DNA from: Bacteroidia bacterium
GTDB lineage: Bacteria; Bacteroidota; Bacteroidia; 2-12-FULL-35-15
Length of the DNA stretch: 64,000 nt
Assembly (NCBI GenBank): GCA_036399275.1
Contig: DASWNK010000084.1
Location: forward strand, 8,350-72,349
Reading direction: 5' to 3'
Part shown: piece by piece, positions 1 through 12,487 of the stretch
Layout of the letters: every line of letters begins with the position of its first letter
Numbering within the stretch: position 1 is the first letter of the stretch
The notes under the pieces: generated by a model
Databases searched by the model: none
The model's input: the letters and a program-made list of their open reading frames with translations, nothing else
What the model was told of the DNA's origin: nothing
Translations under genes and position numbers: made by a program

Positions 1-60
1 ATAAGCGACAATAAAGACAAAAAACATAAATACACGGGTACAGTGACTATTGTCAAGTAA
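1..60 (+). CDS. 3' end of an unidentified CDS entering from the left window edge (partial)
   Basis: Frame 1 is open from base 1 (ISDNKDKKHKYTGTVTIVK*) to TAA at 58-60. A strong hairpin terminator follows 10 nt later. Too short to identify. Confidence 0.3.
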   Translation: MSDNKDKKHKYTGTVTIVK

Positions 61-69
61 AAATAAAAA

Positions 70-95
70 GCCCCTGCAAATTGCAGGGGCTTTTT
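70..95 (+). terminator. Rho-independent terminator (A-tract / hairpin / T-tract, potentially bidirectional)
   Basis: gcccctgcaa (70-79) pairs with ttgcaggggc (81-90). It is flanked by aaaaa upstream and ttttt downstream. Confidence 0.7.
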
Positions 96-154
96 ATTTT
101 TATTTCAATGCAACCTATTCATAACTATTGTCATCTTAAGTAAAAGATGCATTT

Positions 155-185
155 TTTGGTTTTTTGGCATATTTGTTTAAATTTG
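155..185 (+). promoter_or_regulatory. Putative Bacteroidota sigma-A promoter (-33 TTTG / -7 TAnnTTTG)
   Basis: TTTG at 155-158, a 19-nt spacer, then TAAATTTG at 178-185. This matches the Bacteroidota consensus TTTG-N19-21-TAnnTTTG. I found no comparable match by eye between here and the ATG at 598. Confidence 0.4.
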
Positions 186-250
186 CAACAACCACACATT
201 AAAGTGATTCTATAGTTCTTAATTTTAATATTCTTTCATTGCGTCATTTA

Positions 251-363
251 CATCATACTCCGATGTTTGTGCATTGAAATTCAACACATTGTATCGTCAC
301 ATCATACTCCGATGCCTATACAATGTAGTAGTAAACATAGTACTGTTCCATCATACTCCGATG
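251..363. repeat. Three exact 15-bp direct repeats CATCATACTCCGATG at 49-bp phase
   Basis: Copies lie at 251-265, 300-314 and 349-363, separated by 34-nt unrelated spacers. The repeat ends CATC and GATG are self-complementary. Confidence 0.9.
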
Positions 364-597
364 CCAGTGCCATGTTAATATAACCAGCAAGCAGGGAATG
401 CTGGAATTGAAACAGTACAGAAGTCGCAACCCCTTTAGCGGCAAATTCAAAAAGCAACAGAGTACAATTTTTTTAAGAAGCAGAAAATTCCCTGTAAGCA
501 TTAATAAAGCATTAAGGCCATGTTACGGGCCTTAACGATGCTGACAGGTTGTTTTATAAATACAAAATAAAATGTATCCTTAAAAACCCCCGTCAAA

Positions 598-1479
598 ATG
601 AAAACAAAATTCCTCAACTCAATTGCTATTATGGGTCTCATGACCTTTCTCGCAGGACCCTTAAATTCATTTGCTCAGGACAACGTCGGTATAGGAACCA
701 ACACTCCTAACGCCAGTGCAATCTTGGAAATGCTCTCTACCAACAAAGGTGTTCTTATTCCAAGAATGAATACAGCGGGTATGAATGCCATCAGCTCGCC
801 AGCAAATTCATTGTTAATTTACAACACAGACTCTATGTGTTATTGCTTCTATCGTGTTCCGACAGCTTCATGGCTGTCGATGTGCAGCGCAATGACAGGA
901 AGTACAGGGGCAACTGGTCCAACAGGAGTTTCGGGAGCGACCGGGGCTGCGGGACCTACCGGCGCAACAGGTGCAGCTGGAGTAACGGGTGCCACGGGAG
1001 TAACTGGTGTAACAGGTGCTACGGGAGTAGCTAATTTTTATTCACTTGTCGGCTCGACAGATATTACCACAAGCTCTGCTGTATACGCTGCGATGGCTGG
1101 AACAACCATTACTTTCACTCCGACAAAATCAAAGATTTATCTGTATTCAACAGTCGCAGGTTATGTGGATGTTTCTGTTCGTGTACCGTGTTATGTTTCT
1201 GCCAGGATAAGAAATGTCACCAGCGGCACTACAATCAAAGGTGCTGCAGTACTTGCAAATACGATGTTTGATATCGTGACTCCTTCAGAGACTACTGCCT
1301 ATACAGCAACATCATACGATATCGCAATTGTAACCCCCTATCCAGTTACTCCCGGCGTTCCAATTACATTGCGTTTAGAATGGAGGGTGGTATGGGGCGA
1401 TAATTTAAATCATCCAGCCTACAATTATCCGATAGGAGATCCGGAGGAAAGTCACAGAACCTTAATAATTATGGAATAA
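598..1479 (+). CDS. Secreted collagen-like (Gly-X-Thr) repeat protein, paralog A
   Basis: 293-aa ORF with a signal peptide ending SFAQD. A conserved module of about 70 aa ([18 protein letters not shown]...[15 protein letters not shown]) is shared with the genes at 2026 and 3413. It has 15 uninterrupted G-X-Y triplets. The C-terminal domain of about 150 aa ends HRTLIIME and is homologous to that of paralog B. Confidence 0.8.
   Translation: MKTKFLNSIAIMGLMTFLAGPLNSFAQDNVGIGTNTPNASAILEMLSTNKGVLIPRMNTAGMNAISSPANSLLIYNTDSMCYCFYRVPTASWLSMCSAMTGSTGATGPTGVSGATGAAGPTGATGAAGVTGATGVTGVTGATGVANFYSLVGSTDITTSSAVYAAMAGTTITFTPTKSKIYLYSTVAGYVDVSVRVPCYVSARIRNVTSGTTIKGAAVLANTMFDIVTPSETTAYTATSYDIAIVTPYPVTPGVPITLRLEWRVVWGDNLNHPAYNYPIGDPEESHRTLIIME
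898..1032 (+). repeat. Coding triplet (9-bp GGN-GCN-ACN type) repeat, 15 G-X-Y units
   Basis: Translation reads [45 protein letters not shown]. Confidence 0.9.
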
Positions 1480-1492
1480 AAAAATAAAAAAG

Positions 1493-1795
1493 ATGGAAAA
1501 GATGAAAAATAATCATTCAACCCTGTCATTCGTGGTATTCTTTACGATAAGCGCTTCAGTAAGCCTTCATGCACAAGATACCCCGAAAAAAACGACAGTA
1601 GATCACCGCAGTGAAACCAGCAAAACGGAAAACGTACCAACAGCTAAACAGGAGCAGCAGAGCATTATTACTAAAAAAACAACTGCTGTTGCAAACAAGC
1701 CTAGCGAAGATCCGGTTATTGACAAAACGCAAATGAAGGAAAAAACAGTTCATCAAACAAACAGATCTAAAACTACCACATTGGAAAAAAAGTAA
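1493..1795 (+). CDS. Small secreted low-complexity (Lys/Thr/Glu/Gln-rich) protein, partner of paralog A
   Basis: 100-aa ORF starting 14 nt after paralog A. It has a hydrophobic signal peptide ending LHAQD followed by a disordered K/T/E/S-rich sequence. A gene of the same type follows paralog B. Confidence 0.55.
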   Translation: MEKMKNNHSTLSFVVFFTISASVSLHAQDTPKKTTVDHRSETSKTENVPTAKQEQQSIITKKTTAVANKPSEDPVIDKTQMKEKTVHQTNRSKTTTLEKK

Positions 1796-1876
1796 CTATT
1801 TTCTAGCGCGGGTGGATTATTGTGCCTCCCTGCAGAACTTTAACTAGCTATTACTTTACTATCCCATAAAAAACGC

Positions 1877-1906
1877 CCTATTTCGTAAACAATAGGATGT
1901 TTTTTT
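1877..1906 (+). terminator. Possible rho-independent terminator
   Basis: cctatt (1877-1882) pairs with aatagg (1891-1896) and is followed by atg plus T7. The stem is short and AT-rich. Confidence 0.35.
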
Positions 1907-1996
1907 ATTGTGGGAACCCTGAAAACGGGCTAAAAAATATTTTCAAATCCCCCTGAAATTTCCCAACACACTTAAGGATTTTAAGATCAAATTTCT

Positions 1997-2004
1997 TATA
2001 TTTG
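1997..2004 (+). promoter_or_regulatory. Putative -7 box TAnnTTTG for paralog B
   Basis: TATATTTG lies 21 nt upstream of the ATG at 2026. I did not see a clear -33 TTTG. Confidence 0.35.
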
Positions 2005-2025
2005 TAATGGATAAAATTCAGACAT

Positions 2026-3063
2026 ATGAAAAACAAGTTACTTAAGATAATTGCAATATTTAGTTTTATTGCTGTCACATCATTAAATGCCTTTTCCCAA
2101 GACAATGTTGGAATAGGAACAACCACGCCCGATGCAAGCGCCATATTGGAAATGTTATCTGCGAACAAAGGTATGTTAGTTCCCCGAATGAATACTGTTG
2201 GAATGCTGGCTATTCCGGCGCCTGCAAATTCATTATTGATATACAACACCGATTCCATGTGTTATTGTTTTTATAGAGCCCCGACTACTTCCTGGATCTC
2301 GCTTTGCAGCGGAGGATCAGGAGGCGCAGGTTCAGCAGGCCCTACAGGACCAACGGGAGCTGTAGGAGCAGCAGGCGCTACAGGAATTGATGGCGCTACT
2401 GGTCCCACGGGAGCAGCAGGTACCGCTGGAGCGACCGGGGCTACCGGCGCAGTTGGAGCAACGGGCCCTACGGGAGTTGCTGGTGCATCAGGTGCTACTG
2501 GAGCAACCGGAACAGCGGGAGCAGTTGGTGCGACAGGATCAGCAGGCGCTACGGGTGCAACCGGAACAGCAGGCGCTGCGGGAGCAACGGGCCCTACAGG
2601 AGTTGCTGGTGCGGCTGGAGCTACCGGCGCTACAGGACCTACCGGAGTTGCAAATTTCTACTCCGCTATCGGTTCAACAGATGTTTCTACGACATCAACA
2701 ACATTCGTCGCTTTTCCAGGAATGAGTATAACGTTTACACCGACCAAATCCACCGTTTATGTTATGTTTTCTGCAGCCGGGCACGTTGCTCCTACAGGAA
2801 CTCCACAGCAATATGTTGATTTCCGTTTAAGAAGAGGCGCAACAGTTATTGGAGGAACCACTTCTGTTACAACAGATGATAATGGATCAGGAACAGTAAC
2901 TTCATGGAATGCCCAAATAATTATGCCGGTAACAGTTACAGTTGGAGTTTCCACTACGCTTGATATCCAATGGGAAATCGGTGGAAATACAACAAATATT
3001 ACTTATTGCAATGCAGCTACTAACGCCGATTGGACACACAGAAGTTTAATTATTATGGAATAA
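2026..3063 (+). CDS. Secreted collagen-like (Gly-X-Thr) repeat protein, paralog B
   Basis: 345-aa ORF with a signal peptide ending AFSQD. It carries the same N-terminal module and 38 uninterrupted G-X-Y triplets. The C-terminal domain begins VANFYS.(I/V)GSTD and ends HRSLIIME, as in paralog A. Confidence 0.8.
   Translation: MKNKLLKIIAIFSFIAVTSLNAFSQDNVGIGTTTPDASAILEMLSANKGMLVPRMNTVGMLAIPAPANSLLIYNTDSMCYCFYRAPTTSWISLCSGGSGGAGSAGPTGPTGAVGAAGATGIDGATGPTGAAGTAGATGATGAVGATGPTGVAGASGATGATGTAGAVGATGSAGATGATGTAGAAGATGPTGVAGAAGATGATGPTGVANFYSAIGSTDVSTTSTTFVAFPGMSITFTPTKSTVYVMFSAAGHVAPTGTPQQYVDFRLRRGATVIGGTTSVTTDDNGSGTVTSWNAQIIMPVTVTVGVSTTLDIQWEIGGNTTNITYCNAATNADWTHRSLIIME
2311..2652 (+). repeat. Coding triplet repeat, 38 G-X-Y units
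   Basis: Translation runs from [25 protein letters not shown] to [14 protein letters not shown]-rich 9-bp periodicity is visible in the DNA. Confidence 0.9.
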
Positions 3064-3070
3064 TTGCATC

Positions 3071-3319
3071 ATGAAAATACATCTATATCTTATTTCAGGG
3101 TTTCTTTTTTTGAATCAATTAGCTGTCGCACAAGATGGCGTAAGATCTTCAAAGACAGAAAACAATACTCAAGAAAAAAAAACGGCAACAAAAGCGGATG
3201 TCAAAAATGTTAGAGTTTCCACAAAAGACTCTACATCAAATAGTGTCAAAAATGATAACCCGCGCATAAACGCCGAAAAAACAAGCCAGAATAAAGCAGT
3301 AGTGCCTAAGCAGAATTAA
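3071..3319 (+). CDS. Small secreted low-complexity (Lys/Thr/Asn/Ser-rich) protein, partner of paralog B
   Basis: 82-aa ORF starting 8 nt after paralog B. It has a signal peptide ending AVAQD and a disordered K/T/N/S-rich remainder. Architecture matches the 1493-1795 gene. Confidence 0.55.
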   Translation: MKIHLYLISGFLFLNQLAVAQDGVRSSKTENNTQEKKTATKADVKNVRVSTKDSTSNSVKNDNPRINAEKTSQNKAVVPKQN

Positions 3320-3361
3320 AATAGAACTCTCTCATTTATCATAAGGATTCATTTCCATTAA

Positions 3362-5155
<1,794 letters not shown>

Positions 5156-5177
5156 CCAAGCCAATTCATTAAAAAAA

Positions 5178-5206
5178 AGACCATGTTGATACATGGTCTT
5201 TTTTTT
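5178..5206 (+). terminator. Rho-independent terminator of the paralog B / small protein / paralog C unit
   Basis: agaccatgt (5178-5186) pairs with acatggtct (5191-5199) and is followed by a T8 run. Confidence 0.75.
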
Positions 5207-5327
5207 GTCCTAACGTAAACTATCCAGGCACACATTCTTCTAAAAAATCAATGATGTAGGACAAATAAAACAATTCACAATTCTGAGAATTCTCATTAAT
5301 TGATTAACATCCCGCTTATTATACCAT

Positions 5328-5359
5328 AAAAAAAACCGGCCTGAAAATGATCAGGCCGG
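5328..5359 (-). terminator. Rho-independent terminator of gyrB
   Basis: ccggcctga (5336-5344) pairs with tcaggccgg (5351-5359). An A8 run on the + strand gives a T-tract on the - strand. Confidence 0.7.
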
Positions 5360-5381
5360 CTTCAATGAATAGTATTAAATG

Positions 5382-7367
<1,986 letters not shown>

Positions 7368-7388
7368 TTATCCTTTTTTTAAGGCTAA

Positions 7389-7396
7389 CAAATATA
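7389..7396 (-). promoter_or_regulatory. Putative -7 box TAnnTTTG for gyrB
   Basis: The - strand reads TATATTTG about 37 nt upstream of the gyrB ATG. Confidence 0.35.
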
Positions 7397-7431
7397 GCGA
7401 TTTACCCCGAAAACAGAGGCCTTTCCGCTGA

Positions 7432-7478
7432 ATAAAAAAAGCCCTCTTTATTAACATTTAGTTAACAAAAAAGGGCTT
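7432..7478 (-). terminator. Probable terminator after the beta-barrel gene
   Basis: aagccctcttt (7439-7449) pairs with aaaagggctt (7469-7478) with one G-U pair. The + strand A-run at 7432-7440 gives a T-tract on the - strand. The loop is long, about 19 nt. Confidence 0.45.
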
Positions 7479-7520
7479 TAAAATTTGGATAATTAAACTA
7501 TATCTGAATTAAGAAACAGT

Positions 7521-9194
7521 CTAAAATGAGTAAGATAATCCTGCCATAAAATTAATGCGCTGAGTAGGATAATTCGCATAGCGGTAATATCGGAAATTCG
7601 CAATATTATTTACGTTTACAAAAAATCCAAGTTTCTTGGTGTAGCGGTATTCAACCCCTATATTGGCGTCCACCACACCTTTTAACTCCTGCGCAACTAC
7701 TTTTTTACCAGTTGCAGATAAAGTATCCGCTTCATATGTTTTTGCATACTGGCTACCTAAATAGAAGAGATCCACCTTTGCAACGATTTTATCTCTCAAA
7801 TTATAATTTGCAAATACAGCAAACTCCAATTGTGGTTTATACCAAGCTCTTAATTCGGTACTCATCTTATAATTAAAATACTCACCCCTTAAACCGATCC
7901 TCAACTTTTCGCGATCCTGATAACTCACTTCTCCCCTGATATTCAAAAGCTCTGCATCGTCGTAAATCACATCAAAACGGTTTTGCAGCAAGGATTTCTG
8001 ATCTGTCACATACATCGGCATTTGATCAATGCTTGAATAAGACACACGGGCATTATATGCAACCTTTGAAGATAATGTCCCTTTTAAACCGCCAAACAAC
8101 TCATATTTTCTGTTGGAATTTTTCATAGCCAATTCCGATAATACAAACGGATTATCATCCGTAATGGTCTTAAAACTGTTCTTCTGAATACCTCCTGAAG
8201 CGCCGACATATGGAATGATAATTTCTTCGAAAATATTATAGCTTAAATCAATGTTTGGATAAAAATAAAATTTAGAACTCACAAAAACATCCATTGTTCC
8301 TGTTACGCCGATACTGGCTCTGTATCGCTCTCCTGTTGCAATAAAATTCGGATTAAGCGAAAGTATGGTATTATTAATGGTATCAGCGGCTGTTTTATAA
8401 TTATAATAATCCACCCAAGCATTTACTTTTAAAACTTCCTTACCAATTGCCGTCTGAACATAACCGTTTGCTTTGATATTACTTTCAGAAGCTTTATAAA
8501 GATCGCTTAAGTTATAATAGCTGAGCTTCACATCATGATTATAGCGCTCTGCTTTTACATAATGACTTTTAAGCTCTGCTGCTCCTGATATACAATTAAA
8601 ACGCTGTGCTGTAAGGTTCTTATCCGTTATATCGAACAATGACTTATCATAGCCATAAAAATGAACCACATTGCGAGCGTAATCAAAATCGCCCGATAAA
8701 GTATGCTCTTTCAAAAACTTTTTACCATACAGGCTTATTTCATTATCGCTATATCCCGCATAACCAAAATCAGACAGAGAGGCCGATGAAGAGATATGTT
8801 TCAAGCGCAGCCCATAAGCATATTCTTTCGAGCGCAAATGATTATACCAGGCTTCCCCATAGGGTGTTGTATAGCTTCCCATCCCGATCTTTACCAAACC
8901 ATTGTATAATTTTGTAAGCGGCTCCCCTACCATCTGCGCTGCTTCTATCGGCTCCACATCATAGCTGGTCACAATCTTCTTCGAATTAATATTATAGCCT
9001 TTTACGTTGAGCTTCTTTGTTGAATCGATCACAACCGGATTATCCATGATCTTATTGCTCTCTGTAATTACGGGCTTATATGCGCCACTTCCGATAATAG
9101 TCAATGAATCGAGCACCTGTGAAAAAGATTCTGTGACCGGGCTTAAAAGCAATAAAACCAGCATTATTTTATATTTCACTATCAACTTAATCAT
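7521..9194 (-). CDS. Outer-membrane beta-barrel protein (putative porin-like), function unknown
   Basis: The ORF is open to 9284. ATG 9194 (MIKLIVKYKIMLVLLLLSPVTESFSQ) gives a signal peptide and an 8-nt overlap with the upstream TPR gene. The sequence has alternating beta-strand character, is rich in Tyr/Asn/Gly, and ends LSYSF with a C-terminal Phe. Confidence 0.55.
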   Translation of the reverse strand: MIKLIVKYKIMLVLLLLSPVTESFSQVLDSLTIIGSGAYKPVITESNKIMDNPVVIDSTKKLNVKGYNINSKKIVTSYDVEPIEAAQMVGEPLTKLYNGLVKIGMGSYTTPYGEAWYNHLRSKEYAYGLRLKHISSSASLSDFGYAGYSDNEISLYGKKFLKEHTLSGDFDYARNVVHFYGYDKSLFDITDKNLTAQRFNCISGAAELKSHYVKAERYNHDVKLSYYNLSDLYKASESNIKANGYVQTAIGKEVLKVNAWVDYYNYKTAADTINNTILSLNPNFIATGERYRASIGVTGTMDVFVSSKFYFYPNIDLSYNIFEEIIIPYVGASGGIQKNSFKTITDDNPFVLSELAMKNSNRKYELFGGLKGTLSSKVAYNARVSYSSIDQMPMYVTDQKSLLQNRFDVIYDDAELLNIRGEVSYQDREKLRIGLRGEYFNYKMSTELRAWYKPQLEFAVFANYNLRDKIVAKVDLFYLGSQYAKTYEADTLSATGKKVVAQELKGVVDANIGVEYRYTKKLGFFVNVNNIANFRYYRYANYPTQRINFMAGLSYSF

Positions 9195-12100
9195 GTTTTG
9201 GTTCTCCTTCCTTAGTATCCTTTGGAACAGTTGATGGCTCTGTAAATAGCTTATCCTGTTCGGGCGTATTTCCTTCAAACCCAACTTTCAAAGGCTCGCT
9301 CACAGTTTTTAATTGCTTGGCGGCTTCTTCATCTGCCATGATCTTATTCAATTTCTCCTGTGCTATTTTTATCAATTCAGGAATATTCGATTCATCGATA
9401 ATTCCCTTGAGCATTCCTTTCGCCTGAAAATTATCGTTGAGCGCAACATAATCGTCTGCTAACAAAATCATCGCCTTGGTTACCCAATAAGGATAGTCGC
9501 CATCCCCGTTGATGAAATCGAAAATCACCTTTTTCGATTGCTTGTATTCCTTTTTCAGATAAAAGATATTGGCAACATGGTATTGGGCTTCCGCGCCAAT
9601 CTCTGCTTTAGAGGAATTTGCAACTGCCTGGAATTCCGCCTGCGCCTCTTCCAGTTTTTGCATGCTCAAATAACTGTGCCCCATGTTATAATGCGCTTCA
9701 TTTTTTAACTCATTGCTTACATTCTCAATTTTCAATACTTTGTTTGAATACGTCATTACCTCTTCCGGGTTTTTCATAATCACGTACGAACGCATCAAGC
9801 CGATAATTGCAGCGCTATTGCTTTTAGGATTTTCCGCCTGCAATTCCAGCTGCTTGTAATAATCAATGGCAAGCGCATAATTTTGTTTTTTAAAGGCAAT
9901 TTCAGAGGCAAGCAAAAGTGATTCCTCTGTGTGCTCATTTCTAGGCTTGCTTATTACAAATGAGAATCCTGCTAATGCAGCATCTTGGTTTCCTAATTGA
10001 AGCTCACATTTTGCCTTGTAAAAATTAGCCTGCCGGATGAATATCCCTTCTGGAAATTTTTGAATGTATTTTTCAAAATCAACTATCACACTCTTGCAAT
10101 CCTGACTCATATAATGGTTTCTTCCATTATTATAGGTCAGGGAATCCAGCTGCCCTTGCGGGATACTTGCTCCATAGGAAGCAAGAACAGTGCTTAATCT
10201 TTCGGGATCTCCCTGCAAAATTTCTTTAACAGTATTAATAGCGCCAATTGCTTCAGGGGAAGTTCGATCTCTTTTAATCAGCTTATCAAAAGACGCCAAT
10301 GCATTTTCATTCTCCTTTTTACCGTAATAGATCAAACCTACTTTACTTAAGCTCACATTTATATAAGCGCTATTGGGATACTCCTCAATAAACTTCTTAA
10401 AATGTTCCAAAGCCAGATCATTCTGGTTATCCGTATAATAAGCCTGAGCAAGCTCAAACTTTGCTTTTTGTATATACAGCGATTTCGGATAAGCGGTAAC
10501 AAGGCTGGTAAGATCTGATATCTTTGCGCTGTATTTTTTCTGAACCCCATTTGCCAAAGCTCTTTGGAATAAAGCATAATCGGGGTTCATCAGTTTCATT
10601 TTATAAGACTGATCATAATAATCGGCGGCATTGGCATAATCCTTCGTCATAAAGTAGCCATCTCCGATCCTGTTGTATGCATCGTTGATTTTTTTGGCAT
10701 TGGCCATGGGCTTGAACGTGACAAATTTTCTGAACCAAAGAATGCTGCTTGTATAGTCTTTGGTTTTATAGTAACAGTAACCGATGTTATAATTGGCATC
10801 GCTCAATTCCGATTTACCTATAGCTCCCGGCTCAGAAATATAATCCAGATAAGTATCAATGGCTTCGGGATATTTTTCACTTCGGTAATACGATTCTGCC
10901 TTCCAATAAACGGCTGAAGCGCGAATGTTCTTATCAAACAAATAGGTCATTGATTTATCAAACAGCTTGATCGCTTCATCATATTGCATATTATTAAAAA
11001 GGTCAACGCCACGGTAATACGCCACCTTTTGGTGAGCCTGTTTCAACTCCGGCGTCAATACTTTAATGCTTTCAAGCGCTTCGAGCGCTTCTTTATAGCT
11101 CTTTGTGGTAATGAACACATTTGCCAGATAGGTATATGCTTCATCAATATGAGGGGCATTCGGAAAATTCTTAATGTATTTTTGAAATGCCCTGATAGCT
11201 TCGTTATAAGGATTAAAAGCTAATTCATAAGAAAGCTTTGCATAATTGTATAACGCATCTTCTTGTATTGCTTTGTCGAAATCCAGCTTAGACGCCAGGC
11301 CAAAAGCGTTTAACGCGTTTTGTTTGTTGCCTGTTTTTAGGTAACAGTCGCCAATATGGTAATAGGCATTTTGTTCCAGGGAATCATCGATGTTTCCTAC
11401 TTTTAAGAAGTAATTGATTGCATCTTCATATTCATTCAATTTATAATGTGCGAAACCCATCTGGTAGTTATCTTTTCGCGACAAGGCCCCCGCCGACTTT
11501 TCATATCGCTTCAGGTACGGGATTGACTCTTTATAGCGGGATGTCCGGTAGTATGACTCCCCAAGGATGCGTGCAATTTCCGGCGCCCGCTTTGTAACAG
11601 CAGAATCGAGCAATGCGGGAGCGTATGTAATTACAGTTTCGTATTTACCCTGAAGAAAATAGATCTGGGCTATGTAGTAAGGAACAACCGGGCCGAATGT
11701 TTCATTTCTCTCCAGCTTCAAAAAATCGGTTAATGCTGTTTCATAATTTTTTTCATTGTAAGCAATATGGGCGTAATAATACTTTGCAGATGCTGCGTAG
11801 CTATTATCAACATCCTTTATTTCGAAAAAATCTTTTTTTGCTTCCGGAAATTTATTCAACTCAAAAAAGCTATAGCCTCTTTTAAAATAAAATTCAGCCA
11901 GCTCTTCTGTCGTCAAGTCATAAATATCAACCTTTTCCAGCCAGTTGATCGCATCTCTGTATTTCTTCTTTCGAAAATTATATTTACCGAGATAAAAATA
12001 AGCTGTCTTTACTTTCGGGCTTTCCGGATGATCAATCACAAACTGTTTCAGATACAGCTCACCATCCTTGTTGAACAATTCGATCGCACACAATGCATTG

Positions 12101-12321
12101 TAATACTCAGCATCAATCCGTATAAGCGATTGCGGATCTTTGTGTGATTCCACTACTTTAATGAAGCTTTTTTGCGCTGCGCCGTATTTTTCTTTTTGAA
12201 AAAGCTCGATGCCATTCTTAAACTCCGCATCTTCGTGGGTATAGATATTTGTTTTTTGTGCAAAGACCGACACCGACAAAAACAATCCAACTAAAAATAC
12301 AACCCTTTTTAACATGTTCAT
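9187..12321 (-). CDS. Large secreted tetratricopeptide (TPR) repeat protein
   Basis: 1044 aa with a signal peptide ending SVFAQ. Dozens of 34-aa TPR-like units are visible (A..Y..G..Y...KY.EA...F). The C-terminal tail is acidic and Pro-rich. Confidence 0.7.
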   Translation of the reverse strand: MNMLKRVVFLVGLFLSVSVFAQKTNIYTHEDAEFKNGIELFQKEKYGAAQKSFIKVVESHKDPQSLIRIDAEYYNALCAIELFNKDGELYLKQFVIDHPESPKVKTAYFYLGKYNFRKKKYRDAINWLEKVDIYDLTTEELAEFYFKRGYSFFELNKFPEAKKDFFEIKDVDNSYAASAKYYYAHIAYNEKNYETALTDFLKLERNETFGPVVPYYIAQIYFLQGKYETVITYAPALLDSAVTKRAPEIARILGESYYRTSRYKESIPYLKRYEKSAGALSRKDNYQMGFAHYKLNEYEDAINYFLKVGNIDDSLEQNAYYHIGDCYLKTGNKQNALNAFGLASKLDFDKAIQEDALYNYAKLSYELAFNPYNEAIRAFQKYIKNFPNAPHIDEAYTYLANVFITTKSYKEALEALESIKVLTPELKQAHQKVAYYRGVDLFNNMQYDEAIKLFDKSMTYLFDKNIRASAVYWKAESYYRSEKYPEAIDTYLDYISEPGAIGKSELSDANYNIGYCYYKTKDYTSSILWFRKFVTFKPMANAKKINDAYNRIGDGYFMTKDYANAADYYDQSYKMKLMNPDYALFQRALANGVQKKYSAKISDLTSLVTAYPKSLYIQKAKFELAQAYYTDNQNDLALEHFKKFIEEYPNSAYINVSLSKVGLIYYGKKENENALASFDKLIKRDRTSPEAIGAINTVKEILQGDPERLSTVLASYGASIPQGQLDSLTYNNGRNHYMSQDCKSVIVDFEKYIQKFPEGIFIRQANFYKAKCELQLGNQDAALAGFSFVISKPRNEHTEESLLLASEIAFKKQNYALAIDYYKQLELQAENPKSNSAAIIGLMRSYVIMKNPEEVMTYSNKVLKIENVSNELKNEAHYNMGHSYLSMQKLEEAQAEFQAVANSSKAEIGAEAQYHVANIFYLKKEYKQSKKVIFDFINGDGDYPYWVTKAMILLADDYVALNDNFQAKGMLKGIIDESNIPELIKIAQEKLNKIMADEEAAKQLKTVSEPLKVGFEGNTPEQDKLFTEPSTVPKDTKEGEPKHD

Positions 12322-12487
12322 TATATGGTATACTAGATGATGAATGTAAAATTAGTTAGGATAGAGGCATGAACCGTCCGGGTATTTGGAAGTTATTAAC
12401 GCACACGTGTTGAAAGTATTGTATCGCAGCTTCCATAGCTTAGGAACGAATGAGGTAACTTTCGGATATTAAAAAGCGGGGATAAAA

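Noticed and set aside
251-363. A mini CRISPR array (three repeats with 34-nt spacers of uniform length)
   Set aside because: The repeat is only 15 bp, whereas CRISPR repeats are about 23-50 bp. There are only three copies, no cas genes occur in the window and there is no leader-like AT-rich flank. It is kept as a regulatory or RNA repeat instead.
316-501. A 61-aa minus-strand ORF. On the same strand each repeat reads GGAGTATGATG, creating mini-ORFs (MM-stop twice, and MMEQYYVYYYIV-stop), which suggests a Tyr-rich leader-peptide attenuator.
   Set aside because: Downstream on the - strand there is only the terminator of a convergent + strand gene and no regulated operon. Bacteroidota rarely use Shine-Dalgarno-driven initiation. 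The 61-aa ORF has no coding-like features.
1905-2258. 117-aa minus-strand ORF (and the similar one at 3388-3612) overlapping the 5' ends of paralogs B and C
   Set aside because: They are shadow ORFs antisense to the conserved N-terminal module. They recur only because the sense sequence is duplicated.
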